In this document: positions 1 through 9,318 of the stretch, piece by piece
How the letters are laid out: every line of letters starts with the position of its first letter
Numbering within the stretch: the first letter of the stretch is position 1
Source: a virus
Length of the DNA: 64,000 bases
IMG/VR virus record: IMGVR_UViG_3300037193_002017
Location: 12,978 to 76,977 of that record
Direction: 5' to 3' (one strand)
The notes under the pieces: model-generated
Databases searched by the model: none
Seen by the model: the letters and a program-made list of their open reading frames with translations, nothing else
Told to the model about the DNA's origin: nothing
Program-made: the position numbers and the translations under genes

Positions 1-1
1 C

Positions 2-112
2 ACCTCCTCCACGCTCGGTACCGCCGGTGACCTCACCTGGTGGTCCCAGGACGGGCCCACGGCGGCCGGGACCCCGTGGATCGGCATCAACGGCGAGTAC
101 TGGATCGACTAA
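2..112 (+). CDS. C-terminal fragment of a probable minor tail protein (...PWIGINGEYWID*)
   Basis: Open frame from the window edge to TAA at 110-112, overlapping the AAGGAGG RBS of the tailspike gene. Confidence 0.55.
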   Translation, partial: TSSTLGTAGDLTWWSQDGPTAAGTPWIGINGEYWID

Positions 113-128
113 GGAGGCCTTGGCACCT

Positions 129-2567
129 GTGGCGCTTTACACCTTCGGCGGCAGCCCGGCCGACGTCCTCACCGACACCGCCGGCAACGTCGTCCCCGAC
201 TTCCAGGTCCTCGTCTACCGGGCCGGAACCAACGAACTCGTGACCGCCCTGTATGAGATGGACGGCACCACCCCCATCAGCGAGCTGCGCAGCAACCCCA
301 CCGGCTCCAACACCCCCGGCGCGATCCGCTCCTTCAAGGCCGACAACGTCACCGCGATCGAGTACGCCTACAACGGGCCCGGCGGCAGCCCGGTCCGCTG
401 GTACCAGGCCGCCCGCGAACTCGCCCAGGAAGCCGCGAGCGCGGCGGCCGACGCCCTGTCCAAGACCAGCGGCGGCACCGTCCAGGGCGCCACCACCTTC
501 GAGGCCGGCCTGACCGTCGAGGGCGGACTGAACGTCACCGGCGGCGCCACCCTCGACGGCCTCGACGTCGAGGGCGACCTCACCGTCGACGGAGTCTTCA
601 CGCCGCAGAGCCTGCAGCTGTCCGGCATGCGCATCTACAACCCGCGCGTGTACGGGGCACTCGGCAACGGCACCGGCAACGACGCCCCCGCCATCAACGA
701 AGCCCTCGCCGCGGCGTACGCGGCAGGCGGCGGCTGGGTCATCGTCCCCTCCGGCACCTACATGATCGGCGAGATCCTCCGCATCTACGGCAATACGAGG
801 CTGACGCTGCTGCCAGGGGCTGAGTTCCGGCGGAACTACGCCGGGACGATGATCCTGAACGGCGACGCCGAGCAGAACCTCGCGGGCTACGCCGGCCACG
901 GCAACATCCTCATCGAGGGCGGACTGTGGAACATGAGGGGGACCACGTCCGGGCTGACGGGGAGCGCGATGTGTATCAGCATCGGGCACGCCCAGAACGT
1001 CACCATCCGCGACCTCGAAGTCCGTGATACCCCGGGCTATCACGGCATCGAACTCAACTCCACGAAGAACGGACTTGTCGACAATTGCAAGTTCCGCGGC
1101 TACATCGACCCCGGCGGCAGAACGTTTTCCGAGGCTGTCCAAGTCGACCTCGCCAAAGCCGCCAGCGTCTTCGGGGGGTTCGGCCCGTATGACAACACCG
1201 CGTGCGAGGACATCACGGTCCGCGGCTGTTACATCGGCGCCTCCGGCACGGCCGGCACCGTCGCGTGGCCGCGCGGCGTCGGATCCCACGCCGCCACCAT
1301 CGACCGCTGGCACAAGCGGATCCGCGTCCTGGGCAACACCGTCGAAGGCGGCGCGCAGTACGCGGTGGGCGCCTACGCGTGGCAGGACTGCCTGATCCAG
1401 GGCAACACCATCGCCGGTCAGGGGGCCGGGGTGCGGCTGTGGACCAACGACACCACGGACGCCAACGCCACCACCAACGCCTCCGGGGTGCAGACCAGTG
1501 CGAGCCAGGAGACCCGAGGCGGCGCGGTCGTGGGCAACACCTTCCGCAGCCTCACGGGGTACGACGACGCGATCCTCGTCCGCGGTGAAGCCACCGGGAA
1601 GCTAACCGGAGTGACGGTCGCGGACAACGTCGTCGACACCGTGTCGTCCTCGGGTGCGGGTGTGCGGCTGGAGTACGCCGAGCAGGTCACCGTGACGGGC
1701 AACCTCATCCGCGCGGTGGGCGGGACCGGGATCAGCATGGTCAACGCGGTTGGCGGCGCGGTGACCGGGAACCGGATCTACCAGCCTGGCGGCTCCGGTA
1801 TCGCGGCGGCGCCCGCGACGGGCATGCAGATCACGGGCAACTCGATCCGTGAGCCGTCCAGCCACGGCGTCCACCTGCAGGGCGGATCCGACGTCCAGGT
1901 CGTGTCCAACTACATCAAGGGCGCCTCCCGCACGGCGGGCAGTTTCGGCATCCGTATCACCACCTCCGCCGACGGAATCCTCCTCACGGGCAACAAGATC
2001 CGCACGCTCGGCTCGGGTGCGGACGCCGCCTACGGTGTGTCGATCACCAACACCTGCACCAACATCCGCCGCTACGGAAACGACCTCACCGGGTCGGGGA
2101 CGACGGGGCCTCTCGATGACCAGTCGACCACCCCGGACATCAACCCCCAGGACAGCGGGCTCCTCACCTACACCCCCACCGTCACCAACGGCGGATCCGC
2201 CACCTTCACCACCCAGACCGCCGACTACTACAAGCTCGGCAAGCTGGTCTGGGTGAACATCGGCCTGGTCGTCAACGCCGCCGGGTCCGGCACCAGCAGC
2301 GTCGCCGTCAGCCTGCCCTCCACCCCATCCCGCACCATCCAGCAGACGCTGGACCTGACCTGCGAGAGCGTCAGGGTGGCCAGCCAGTCCACCAAGGGAT
2401 CCGCCGTCATCCTCATCACCGGATCCGGAGCCACGATCGACCGGCTCCGCAACCAGGTAGCCGCCTCCGGCGATGCCACCACCGACAACAGGATCCTGAA
2501 CGTCCAAGGCGCCCATCTACTGGCCGGCGCCATCATCACCATCACCGGCTGGTACCGCGAAGCCTGA
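129..2567 (+). CDS. Tailspike/tail fibre with right-handed parallel beta-helix (pectate-lyase-like depolymerase)
   Basis: YGALGNGTGNDAPAINEAL...PSGTY motif, many xxGNxI beta-helix rungs, fibre-like C-terminal domain; RBS AAGGAGG at 111-117 favours GTG 129. Confidence 0.85.
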   Translation: MALYTFGGSPADVLTDTAGNVVPDFQVLVYRAGTNELVTALYEMDGTTPISELRSNPTGSNTPGAIRSFKADNVTAIEYAYNGPGGSPVRWYQAARELAQEAASAAADALSKTSGGTVQGATTFEAGLTVEGGLNVTGGATLDGLDVEGDLTVDGVFTPQSLQLSGMRIYNPRVYGALGNGTGNDAPAINEALAAAYAAGGGWVIVPSGTYMIGEILRIYGNTRLTLLPGAEFRRNYAGTMILNGDAEQNLAGYAGHGNILIEGGLWNMRGTTSGLTGSAMCISIGHAQNVTIRDLEVRDTPGYHGIELNSTKNGLVDNCKFRGYIDPGGRTFSEAVQVDLAKAASVFGGFGPYDNTACEDITVRGCYIGASGTAGTVAWPRGVGSHAATIDRWHKRIRVLGNTVEGGAQYAVGAYAWQDCLIQGNTIAGQGAGVRLWTNDTTDANATTNASGVQTSASQETRGGAVVGNTFRSLTGYDDAILVRGEATGKLTGVTVADNVVDTVSSSGAGVRLEYAEQVTVTGNLIRAVGGTGISMVNAVGGAVTGNRIYQPGGSGIAAAPATGMQITGNSIREPSSHGVHLQGGSDVQVVSNYIKGASRTAGSFGIRITTSADGILLTGNKIRTLGSGADAAYGVSITNTCTNIRRYGNDLTGSGTTGPLDDQSTTPDINPQDSGLLTYTPTVTNGGSATFTTQTADYYKLGKLVWVNIGLVVNAAGSGTSSVAVSLPSTPSRTIQQTLDLTCESVRVASQSTKGSAVILITGSGATIDRLRNQVAASGDATTDNRILNVQGAHLLAGAIITITGWYREA

Positions 2568-2647
2568 CCAGCCCCTCTGACCCACCCCCCAACTCCCCGC
2601 CCCGCGCCACCGATGGCCGGGGCCTTCGTCACGTCTGGAGCCCCTTC

Positions 2648-3085
2648 ATGTCCCCACCGTCCACCACAGAGCTGGCCAAGGTCGCGTACGAGGCGTACGG
2701 CAACTCGACCGGCCACAAGAACTACCAGGGCCTGCCCATGCCCGACTGGGACGAGCTGACCGCCTCAATCCGGCTGGCCTGGATCGAAGCGGCCGGGGCC
2801 GTCGCCCTCGCCAACCTCGCCGAGTTGTCCGGCATCACGCGGCCGTCCACGGACCCCAGCGTCGGCGACATCGTCCTGGTCCCCATGGACCCCGCCACCA
2901 ACAACGGCGCCACCACGGCCCCGGCCGTCATCACCCGCGTGTGGTCGCCGAGCACGGTCAACGTCCGCGTCCTGGCCGACAAGGACACTGCCCCCGAGTG
3001 GCGCACCTCGCTCGTCTACGCCGAGAGCTTCGAAGGCATCAACGGCCCGTTCGCCGCCTGGACCTGGCCGGGCGGTGACGACTGA
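2648..3085 (+). CDS. Phage hypothetical protein (homologue of 58095..58613)
   Basis: Shared N-terminal AYxAYG...MPxWxEL...AW domain; stop overlaps the endolysin ATG. Confidence 0.8.
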   Translation: MSPPSTTELAKVAYEAYGNSTGHKNYQGLPMPDWDELTASIRLAWIEAAGAVALANLAELSGITRPSTDPSVGDIVLVPMDPATNNGATTAPAVITRVWSPSTVNVRVLADKDTAPEWRTSLVYAESFEGINGPFAAWTWPGGDD

Positions 3086-3852
3086 TGGCGCCGCCCCTGA
3101 GCGCGGCCAAGTTCCTGGCCGTGCTGAGAGCCGAAGGTGTGAACGTCGTCGAGGTCGGCGACTGGCGGGACCATAACCGCAATCACAAGGGCCCGTGGGG
3201 CCCGGTCCACGGTGTGATGATGCACCACACCGTGACCTCCGGCAGCGAGCGCACTGTCCGCATCTGTCGCGACGGCTACGAGGGCCTTCCCGGCCCGCTG
3301 TGCCACGGCGTCATCACCAAGGACGGTCGGGTCCACCTCGTCGGGTACGGGCGTGCCAACCACGCTGGCTCCGGCGACCCGGACGTCCTCAGGGCGGTCA
3401 TCGCGGAGAAGGCCCTGCCGAAGGCGAACGAGAACAAGACCGACGGCAACCGCCACTTCTACGGGTTCGAGTGCGAGAACCTCGGCGACGGCGATGACCC
3501 GTGGCCCGATGTGCAGGTCGAGGCGATCGTCCGCGTCGGGGCCGCGCTCTGCCGGGCGCACGGCTGGACCGTGCGCAGCGTGATACGGCACCTCGAGTGG
3601 CAGTTCGGGAAGGTCGATCCGCGTGGTCTGGACTGGGCGGACGTCGAGGCGCGGATCAGTGAGCGGCTGAAGCACAAGGCGGGCTGGTCGCCGGGGCGCT
3701 CGTACACCGTGGTGAAGGGCGACACGCTGTGGGGGATCGCCAGGCGCCAGCTGGGTGACGGTGCTCGCTCGAAGGAGATCGTGGCGCTGAACCCGGAGGT
3801 CGATCCGGACCGGTTGAAGGTGGGCCAGGTCCTGAAGCTGCCCGCGAAGTGA
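3085..3852 (+). CDS. Endolysin: N-acetylmuramoyl-L-alanine amidase (Amidase_2) with C-terminal LysM
   Basis: HHT, ANHAG, GFECEN, HLEW..KVDP motifs; YTVVKGDTLWGIA LysM. Confidence 0.92.
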   Translation: MAPPLSAAKFLAVLRAEGVNVVEVGDWRDHNRNHKGPWGPVHGVMMHHTVTSGSERTVRICRDGYEGLPGPLCHGVITKDGRVHLVGYGRANHAGSGDPDVLRAVIAEKALPKANENKTDGNRHFYGFECENLGDGDDPWPDVQVEAIVRVGAALCRAHGWTVRSVIRHLEWQFGKVDPRGLDWADVEARISERLKHKAGWSPGRSYTVVKGDTLWGIARRQLGDGARSKEIVALNPEVDPDRLKVGQVLKLPAK

Positions 3853-3950
3853 GGCGGCTGTTGGAGCGGTTGGTGTGTCCGGGCTGCTGCTGCCTGCGGG
3901 TGGGGCCCGGGCACTTGCTCCGCGTCCTGGCCGGCATCTGCCGCCTGTAG
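3849..3950 (+). CDS. Conserved 33-aa Cys/His-rich microprotein (MRRLLERLVCPGCCCLRVGPGHLLRVLAGICRL)
   Basis: GTGA overlap with the endolysin stop; homologue at 59637..59738 of the same length with 4 synonymous substitutions. Confidence 0.65.
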   Translation: MRRLLERLVCPGCCCLRVGPGHLLRVLAGICRL

Positions 3951-4004
3951 GGCGGCCGAGGCCTTAGTTCTCGGTGTGATTTTTTCACGCGTTTCATTGC
4001 ACCC

Positions 4005-4029
4005 CAGGTCAGGGGCGGTCTCTGGCCTG
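4005..4029 (+). promoter_or_regulatory. Conserved hairpin just upstream of the holin RBS
   Basis: caggtcaggg-gcggt-ctctggcctg (2 G-U pairs); perfect copy at 59794..59816. Confidence 0.5.
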
Positions 4030-4048
4030 CCCGAGGAAAGGGGCTCGC

Positions 4049-4363
4049 ATGCCCTCTCTGTTCATCTCCCTCATGCGCATGGTCGTCCCGCTCGTCGCGG
4101 GGTGGCTGATAAGCCTGGCCGTGTGGGCGGGCGTCGAGGTCGACTCCCAGGCCATCACCGGCCTGGTCACCCTGGCCCTGGCGCTCGTCTACTACGCCCT
4201 GTTCCGTCTGCTCGAGCTGGCGGGGATGAAGGCGCGCGGGACCGTCCTGCAGAAGCTGGCCGGCCTCCTGCTCGGTTGGGCGAGGCCGCCGGCGTATCCG
4301 GCGCAGGACACGCTGCCTCCGGTCACCCGCCCCTACAGCGGCGGGTCGTACGGCGGTCAGTAA
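4049..4363 (+). CDS. Putative holin (2 TM)
   Basis: Small two-TM protein after the endolysin, with LLG...P.Y motif typical of actinophage holins. Confidence 0.75.
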   Translation: MPSLFISLMRMVVPLVAGWLISLAVWAGVEVDSQAITGLVTLALALVYYALFRLLELAGMKARGTVLQKLAGLLLGWARPPAYPAQDTLPPVTRPYSGGSYGGQ

Positions 4364-4410
4364 CACCGGCCGCTGCGGCGGCTGTTGCACCACAGCAACT
4401 GGAGGGGCGC

Positions 4411-4701
4411 GTGGACGCTGCCACTGTCGGAGCAGTACTCGCGCTCGTCGGTGTCCTGTCGGGGTCGGTGGTCGCCTACCTCGGCAAGCGGGGTGAGAAC
4501 GCGAACGCGCGGATGGTCGCCGAGATGGACCAGGTCCAGGAGGAGCGCGACAAGATGCTCGCCCAGCGTGATGCCCTGCAGACACACGTCAGTGAGAAGG
4601 AACGGCGGATCGAGGAGTTGCTGGAGCAGCGGCTCGCCGACCGGGAGACGATCGCGCGGCTGCGCGTGAGGATCGTTGAGATGGGGGGCGATCCGTCGTG
4701 A
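4411..4701 (+). CDS. Lysis-cassette membrane protein (1 TM + coiled coil)
   Basis: GGAGG RBS and GTG 4411; near-identical to 60198..60488. Confidence 0.75.
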   Translation: MDAATVGAVLALVGVLSGSVVAYLGKRGENANARMVAEMDQVQEERDKMLAQRDALQTHVSEKERRIEELLEQRLADRETIARLRVRIVEMGGDPS

Positions 4702-5390
4702 CGCGTGCGGAGTTGGCGCTGGCCGGGCGGTGGCGGTGGATCGCCGTGTTCTGCTGGCTGATCGCCCTCACGGGGGCGGCGGTCGTCGGCTGGTCCTATT
4801 TTCAGCAGGCTGTTGCTGAGGCCGACCGGCGGGGCGAGGCCGTCAGCACCCTCGCCTCCGATGTTCGGGTGTTGCGGGAGCAGGTGAAAGCGGCGGGCGA
4901 GGTGCCGGCGGCGCCGGATCCGAGTCAGGCCGTCAAGGACCTCGAGGACCGGGCCCGGGTCCCCGTCCCCATTCCGGGCCCTGCAGGGCCTGCTGGGCCT
5001 GCCGGGGAGAAGGGCGAGCCCGGAGAGCCGGGATCGCCGGGGGCATCGGGCGAGCCGGGCCGCGATGGAAAGGACGGGGCAGACGGAGAGGCCGGCGCGC
5101 CTGGTGAACCCGGAGCAGAGGGCCCGGCCGGACCTGCAGGACCTGCCGGGCCGCCTGGTCCGCAAGGCGAGCCCGGCCCGGCTGGCCCGCAGGGCGAGCG
5201 TGGCGAGCAGGGGGAGCAGGGTCCGGCCGGGCCGTCGTGTCCGGAGGGGTACAGCCTGCAGGCGCCCTCGTGGGACCCGGACTCTCTGGTGTGCCGACGG
5301 GACGGGTCACCGCCCCCAGAGGACGAAGGCGGCGGTGCGGTGGGGCTGCGGGCCGCTGGGCTGGATCCGACCCGACGACAGTACGTGTGA
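4698..5390 (+). CDS. Membrane-anchored collagen-like (Gly-X-Y) protein
   Basis: N-terminal TM, coiled coil, long G-X-Y run, C-terminal CPxGY...C pair. Confidence 0.85.
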   Translation: MTRAELALAGRWRWIAVFCWLIALTGAAVVGWSYFQQAVAEADRRGEAVSTLASDVRVLREQVKAAGEVPAAPDPSQAVKDLEDRARVPVPIPGPAGPAGPAGEKGEPGEPGSPGASGEPGRDGKDGADGEAGAPGEPGAEGPAGPAGPAGPPGPQGEPGPAGPQGERGEQGEQGPAGPSCPEGYSLQAPSWDPDSLVCRRDGSPPPEDEGGGAVGLRAAGLDPTRRQYV

Positions 5391-5397
5391 GATGGCT

Positions 5398-5433
5398 GCG
5401 GCCCTCGCCCTCCTTCGGGAGGGCGAGGGCCGC
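5398..5433. terminator. Bidirectional terminator-like hairpin with UUCG loop
   Basis: Perfect 16-bp stem between convergent genes; near-identical copy at 63063..63099. Confidence 0.75.
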
Positions 5434-5443
5434 TTCTCGTATG

Positions 5444-5920
5444 TCAGCTCGGTGGGACGGGGAAAAGGCCTTCGCCGCCGTACTCATACGGCTCTTCCAT
5501 CCAGACTCCCCGGTACAGCTCGGCAGAGGTGAAGTCTCGAAAGTTCCGGGTAAGGAAGACGTCTGCTTCCGCATACACCGCAGTGGCCAGGTGCAGGGCG
5601 TCCATACCCCTGATCCGTGTCCGCTCGACGCTGATCTCCCGGGCGAGCAGACCAACGCGGCGGGTGACGTCGACCAGCGTCACGTACGGCTCCTGCAGCA
5701 GGTCACGAATCCGCTTCTCACCGGTGGTGGTGTCCCGCTGGCCGTTGGTCGTACCGCGGGCCTCGGCGAACATCGCGGTGGACGCGATGATTGTGACCTG
5801 CTTCCGCCTGGCGGCGTGCAGCCACGTCTCCACGGCGGCGCAGCTGAACTTGCCCTCGGCCCAATCTATGTAGCAGCAACAGTCCAGGTATACGCGCCGC
5901 GGGTTGTCAGGCCTCGCCAC
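5444..5920 (-). CDS. PIN-domain (VapC-like) ribonuclease toxin
   Basis: VYLDCC, S..MFAE, DALHLATA, FLTRN.RDF PIN motifs. Confidence 0.85.
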   Translation of the reverse strand: MARPDNPRRVYLDCCCYIDWAEGKFSCAAVETWLHAARRKQVTIIASTAMFAEARGTTNGQRDTTTGEKRIRDLLQEPYVTLVDVTRRVGLLAREISVERTRIRGMDALHLATAVYAEADVFLTRNFRDFTSAELYRGVWMEEPYEYGGEGLFPVPPS

Positions 5921-6761
5921 GGATCACCGCCAGGTGCTGCAGAGCTCCGAGGCCGCCGGTCATATCGGGCCAGAACCCGCCGTGCAGGTCGTCCTCGGAG
6001 AGAGACGGCTCGGTGGGAAGCAGTTCGATGTCTTCCACCTTGATCTTCACTACCTGTCCCTGAGCGTTCTCCGTGATCAGACCTGTCACTTCCACCCGGT
6101 CATGCCCCCATGCCTGCCGCAGTTGCTCGCGATGTTCCTTGCCACAGATCAGTGGGATGCGCTCATGACCGACCTCTGACCAGAGCACCGCCTTCAGGTG
6201 GCCTCCTGTGTCAGACAGGCCGCCGAGGTGGCCGCGACGGGAGCCGTGGGTGGTGTAGCGGGCTTTGACCGCGTTGCTGAGGTTCCGGCGGGCGCGCTCG
6301 GTGACTTCGGCCTCCGCGACGATCGTGTCGTTGACGCGTAGCGCCAGGTGCATCCCGACTTCCCTCGAGGCGCCAAGGGTACGGGCCACCAGAATGCCGA
6401 ACTGGGCGGCATGCATGGTCCAGTCGGATGGGATCTCGGGGCGGTCCTCGGCCGCGGCGAATCCCTCTACGGTCTGGTGAAGCACCCTGTCAACCTGCTC
6501 GTAGCTGGAGGCCTCCGGCACCTGCAGTGGTGCCAGGGCCGCTCGAGTACTCCCCAGGCCGAGCTGGGTGAAGGTCCACCGTGTGTAGGCGGGACTACGT
6601 CGGCGGTTGGACGGCGAGGAGGGCAGTGGTGCTGAGCGGCCCGTCTCGGTGACCTCCAGCTCCTTGAGCAGGAGCAGGAGGGCCTCCATCGCTTTCAGAG
6701 TGGCGCCCGCGTCCATGCCAGCGTGGGGACCACGAAGCGTTATGTCGAGTTCAGAACCCAC
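5907..6761 (-). CDS. Large PIN partner protein (putative antitoxin or sensor; OB-fold-like C-terminus)
   Basis: Overlaps the PIN start; GGGGAGG RBS before GTG 6761; C-terminal VEVTGLI...IKVEDIELL beta pattern. Confidence 0.65.
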   Translation of the reverse strand: MGSELDITLRGPHAGMDAGATLKAMEALLLLLKELEVTETGRSAPLPSSPSNRRRSPAYTRWTFTQLGLGSTRAALAPLQVPEASSYEQVDRVLHQTVEGFAAAEDRPEIPSDWTMHAAQFGILVARTLGASREVGMHLALRVNDTIVAEAEVTERARRNLSNAVKARYTTHGSRRGHLGGLSDTGGHLKAVLWSEVGHERIPLICGKEHREQLRQAWGHDRVEVTGLITENAQGQVVKIKVEDIELLPTEPSLSEDDLHGGFWPDMTGGLGALQHLAVIRGEA

Positions 6762-6991
6762 GCGGTGACCTCCCCTCGCTGTATGTCGTTCGTGGCTCGT
6801 CACTATGCCGTCGTTCACGGCCATCCTCCCCCAGCCTGCGCCGCCATTCACCCCGAGGAGTGGCACCGTACCGGCGGTGGACAGGTGCCAGCCAGACCCC
6901 CACGTGTGTCTCGCGCCGACCTGCTGGCGGCGTTCCCGGTCGGGCATCGTGTGATGTCGACGCATCGGCCGGGTGGCTAGCCACCCGGGGG

Positions 6992-7186
6992 TCAGGCGGC
7001 CTCAGCGTAGGAGGGGCGGGGGCGTCGTTCGGCTGCGTCGGCGATGGCCCATGCGGTGACGAGCTGCTCGTACTCGAGGCGTTCGTGGGGTCGGAGGTAG
7101 CCGCCGGCAGCGTGGAAGAGGGTGCGTATCCGCTGGTTGAGGTCGGCCGCAGACCGCACGGAACCACGGCCAAGGTCGGGGGACAT
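6992..7186 (-). CDS. Small conserved hypothetical protein (homologue of 63115..63306), probably leaderless
   Basis: RSAADLNxRIR...YEQLVTAWA conserved in both copies; -10-like TATGCT 7 nt before ATG. Confidence 0.75.
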   Translation of the reverse strand: MSPDLGRGSVRSAADLNQRIRTLFHAAGGYLRPHERLEYEQLVTAWAIADAAERRPRPSYAEAA

Positions 7187-7261
7187 GCCGGGAAGCATAC
7201 GGGCAGCCACTGACAAAGCGATGAGAATTATCCGCCGCAGGGCCTTGGGTACGCTGCCCGC

Positions 7262-7924
7262 ATGATTCGCTCTGTGGTCTTCGACGTCGGTGAGTGCCTT
7301 GTAGACGAGACACGGGAGTACGGCACCTGGGCCGACTGGCTGGACGTACCCCGACACACCTTCGCCGCGATGTTCGGCGCGGTCATCGCGCAGGGCCGCG
7401 ACTACCGCGAGACCTTCCAGGAGTTCCGCCCCGGGTTCGACCTGTACGAGGAGCGGGAGAAGCGGGCCCAGGCCGGGAAGCCGGAGACCTTCGGTGAGGA
7501 GGACCTCTATGCCGATGTCCGGCCCGCGTTCCGCCAGCTGCGCGCGGACGGGCTGTGGCTCGGGATCGCGGGCAACCAGACCGTACGGGCCGGGGGGATC
7601 CTGCGCGAGCTGTTCACGGCGGACGTGGACCTGATCGGCACCTCGGACGACTGGGGCGCCAGCAAGCCGGACCCTGAGTTCTTCCGCCGCGTCGCCGAGG
7701 TGACCCCCTTCGCCAACGACGAGATCCTCTACGTCGGTGACCGCGTCGACAACGACCTGCGCCCAGGAGCCGAGGCCGGCATGCACACCGCGCTCGTTCA
7801 CCGAGGCCCGTGGGCGACGATCCAGTGGAACACCGAGGAAGCGCGGAAGTTGCCCACCTTCCGGGTGGAGAGCCTCCTCGAGCTGCCCGGCCTGATCGCC
7901 GAGTTCAACGAGCAAGCGCGCTGA
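7262..7924 (+). CDS. HAD-superfamily hydrolase
   Basis: FDVGE motif I, SKPDP motif III, YVGDRVDND motif IV. Confidence 0.9.
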   Translation: MIRSVVFDVGECLVDETREYGTWADWLDVPRHTFAAMFGAVIAQGRDYRETFQEFRPGFDLYEEREKRAQAGKPETFGEEDLYADVRPAFRQLRADGLWLGIAGNQTVRAGGILRELFTADVDLIGTSDDWGASKPDPEFFRRVAEVTPFANDEILYVGDRVDNDLRPGAEAGMHTALVHRGPWATIQWNTEEARKLPTFRVESLLELPGLIAEFNEQAR

Positions 7925-9134
7925 CCGTCGTCGTCCACCCATACAACCGGTCGTCGAGGTCACGCACGCACGCCTCGTGCTGGTGCGGGGCGAGTGAACG
8001 CCGCACCTCGCGTACCCGGTCCATGCCCATCGCGTACCAGGTGCGCTCGAGCTGATCGAGCGCACGCCGCGCGTACCCGCATGCGGCTTCGGGGTCTCCT
8101 GCCGCGGCCTCGACGGCGGCCAGGTCCCCGAGGATGACGGTGGTCTGCTTCTCTTCGCTCGGGTCCAGGTCCTCGAGGACGCCGAGCAGCGTGGTGCGGG
8201 CCTGCGGCAAGTGGCCGGCCTTCAGCTGGGTGTTGCCCTTGAAGGCGGCCAGGCGTACGGGGCTGAACCAGTCGAGCCACTCCGGGACCTCGTGGCTGCC
8301 GCCTGCGGCGAGGACGGTCTCGGCGTGGCCGATCAGGTGGAGCGCGGTGCGGGTGTTGCCGCACCGCGTCTCGCACTCCGCTTCAACGGCGTCCAGCCAG
8401 GCCAGCATCTCTGCCGGGGCGGGTCCTCGGCGAGCGTAGGTACGGGCCGCGACCATACGCTCCACGGCAGCGTCGCGGTGGCCCTCCCATGCCGGGATGA
8501 ACGCGGTGTGTGCCAGGACCGCCGCGCCGAGCAGGGGGTCATCGGCCTCGCCACCGGCCTGGAGCGCCCGGAGCAAGGTCTGTTGGGCGCGGTCGGCGTC
8601 GCGGAGGTCGAAGAACTCGATGCGTCCGGCGAGTAGCCAGGTCTCTGCGAGGGCGGCGGCGACCGCGCGGCGGGTCTGTCCCGCCGTCTCTGAGAGCAGG
8701 GCGCAGCCGAGGGAGGCATGCGCGAGTGCGGCTGGGTGCAGGGTGGCCGGGGCCACGGACCAGTACAGCCGCCGGTGTGAGCGGGTGACGGCCGCGAAGT
8801 CCTCGGCGACAGAGGCGGGCTGCATGGCGATCGCCTGAGTGGGGACTGCGACGAGCCCGACCGCGGCTGCTGTGGCCGCGAGCACCGTACGGCGTCCGTT
8901 GCCCGTCTGTACTCCCGGGGGTGGGTTGAATCCGAGGGATTCCAGGTCCTGGCCGAGGAGGCGTATGAGAGCCTGGGCCACCTCGGATTGCGGCCAGGGC
9001 GGGGTGTCGGACTCCCATCGCCGTACCTGCCTCACGCCGACTCCGAGTGCATCGGCCAGGGCCTGCTGGGAGTGGTAACCGGCTGCGATCCTCGCGGCCT
9101 TCAGCCGGGTGTTACCTGGGGTGCTGGCCACCAT
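7905..9134 (-). CDS. XRE HTH + TPR-like helical-repeat transcriptional regulator
   Basis: N-terminal HTH (SQQALADALGVGVRQVRRWES); Ala/Leu-rich helical repeats in the C-terminal region. Confidence 0.85.
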   Translation of the reverse strand: MVASTPGNTRLKAARIAAGYHSQQALADALGVGVRQVRRWESDTPPWPQSEVAQALIRLLGQDLESLGFNPPPGVQTGNGRRTVLAATAAAVGLVAVPTQAIAMQPASVAEDFAAVTRSHRRLYWSVAPATLHPAALAHASLGCALLSETAGQTRRAVAAALAETWLLAGRIEFFDLRDADRAQQTLLRALQAGGEADDPLLGAAVLAHTAFIPAWEGHRDAAVERMVAARTYARRGPAPAEMLAWLDAVEAECETRCGNTRTALHLIGHAETVLAAGGSHEVPEWLDWFSPVRLAAFKGNTQLKAGHLPQARTTLLGVLEDLDPSEEKQTTVILGDLAAVEAAAGDPEAACGYARRALDQLERTWYAMGMDRVREVRRSLAPHQHEACVRDLDDRLYGWTTTVSALAR

Positions 9135-9318
9135 TCACCTCCATATCGGGCACGCAGCAAGTGTCCTCGGAGGTCCTCAGTCTGGCTACTCGTCACCCGG
9201 TAGGCCTACAGAAAGTCCGCTTCTCGGCCGCAAGAAGGCCTCTTGAAGTCCTCGGAAGGCGTCGATACGAGGGCCACCCTTGTAGACACCTGATTCCCTC
9301 TGGTGCCGAGGAGCCCGG

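Noticed and set aside
4970-5235. DNA tandem repeats in the collagen genes
   Set aside because: Explained by Gly-X-Y coding.
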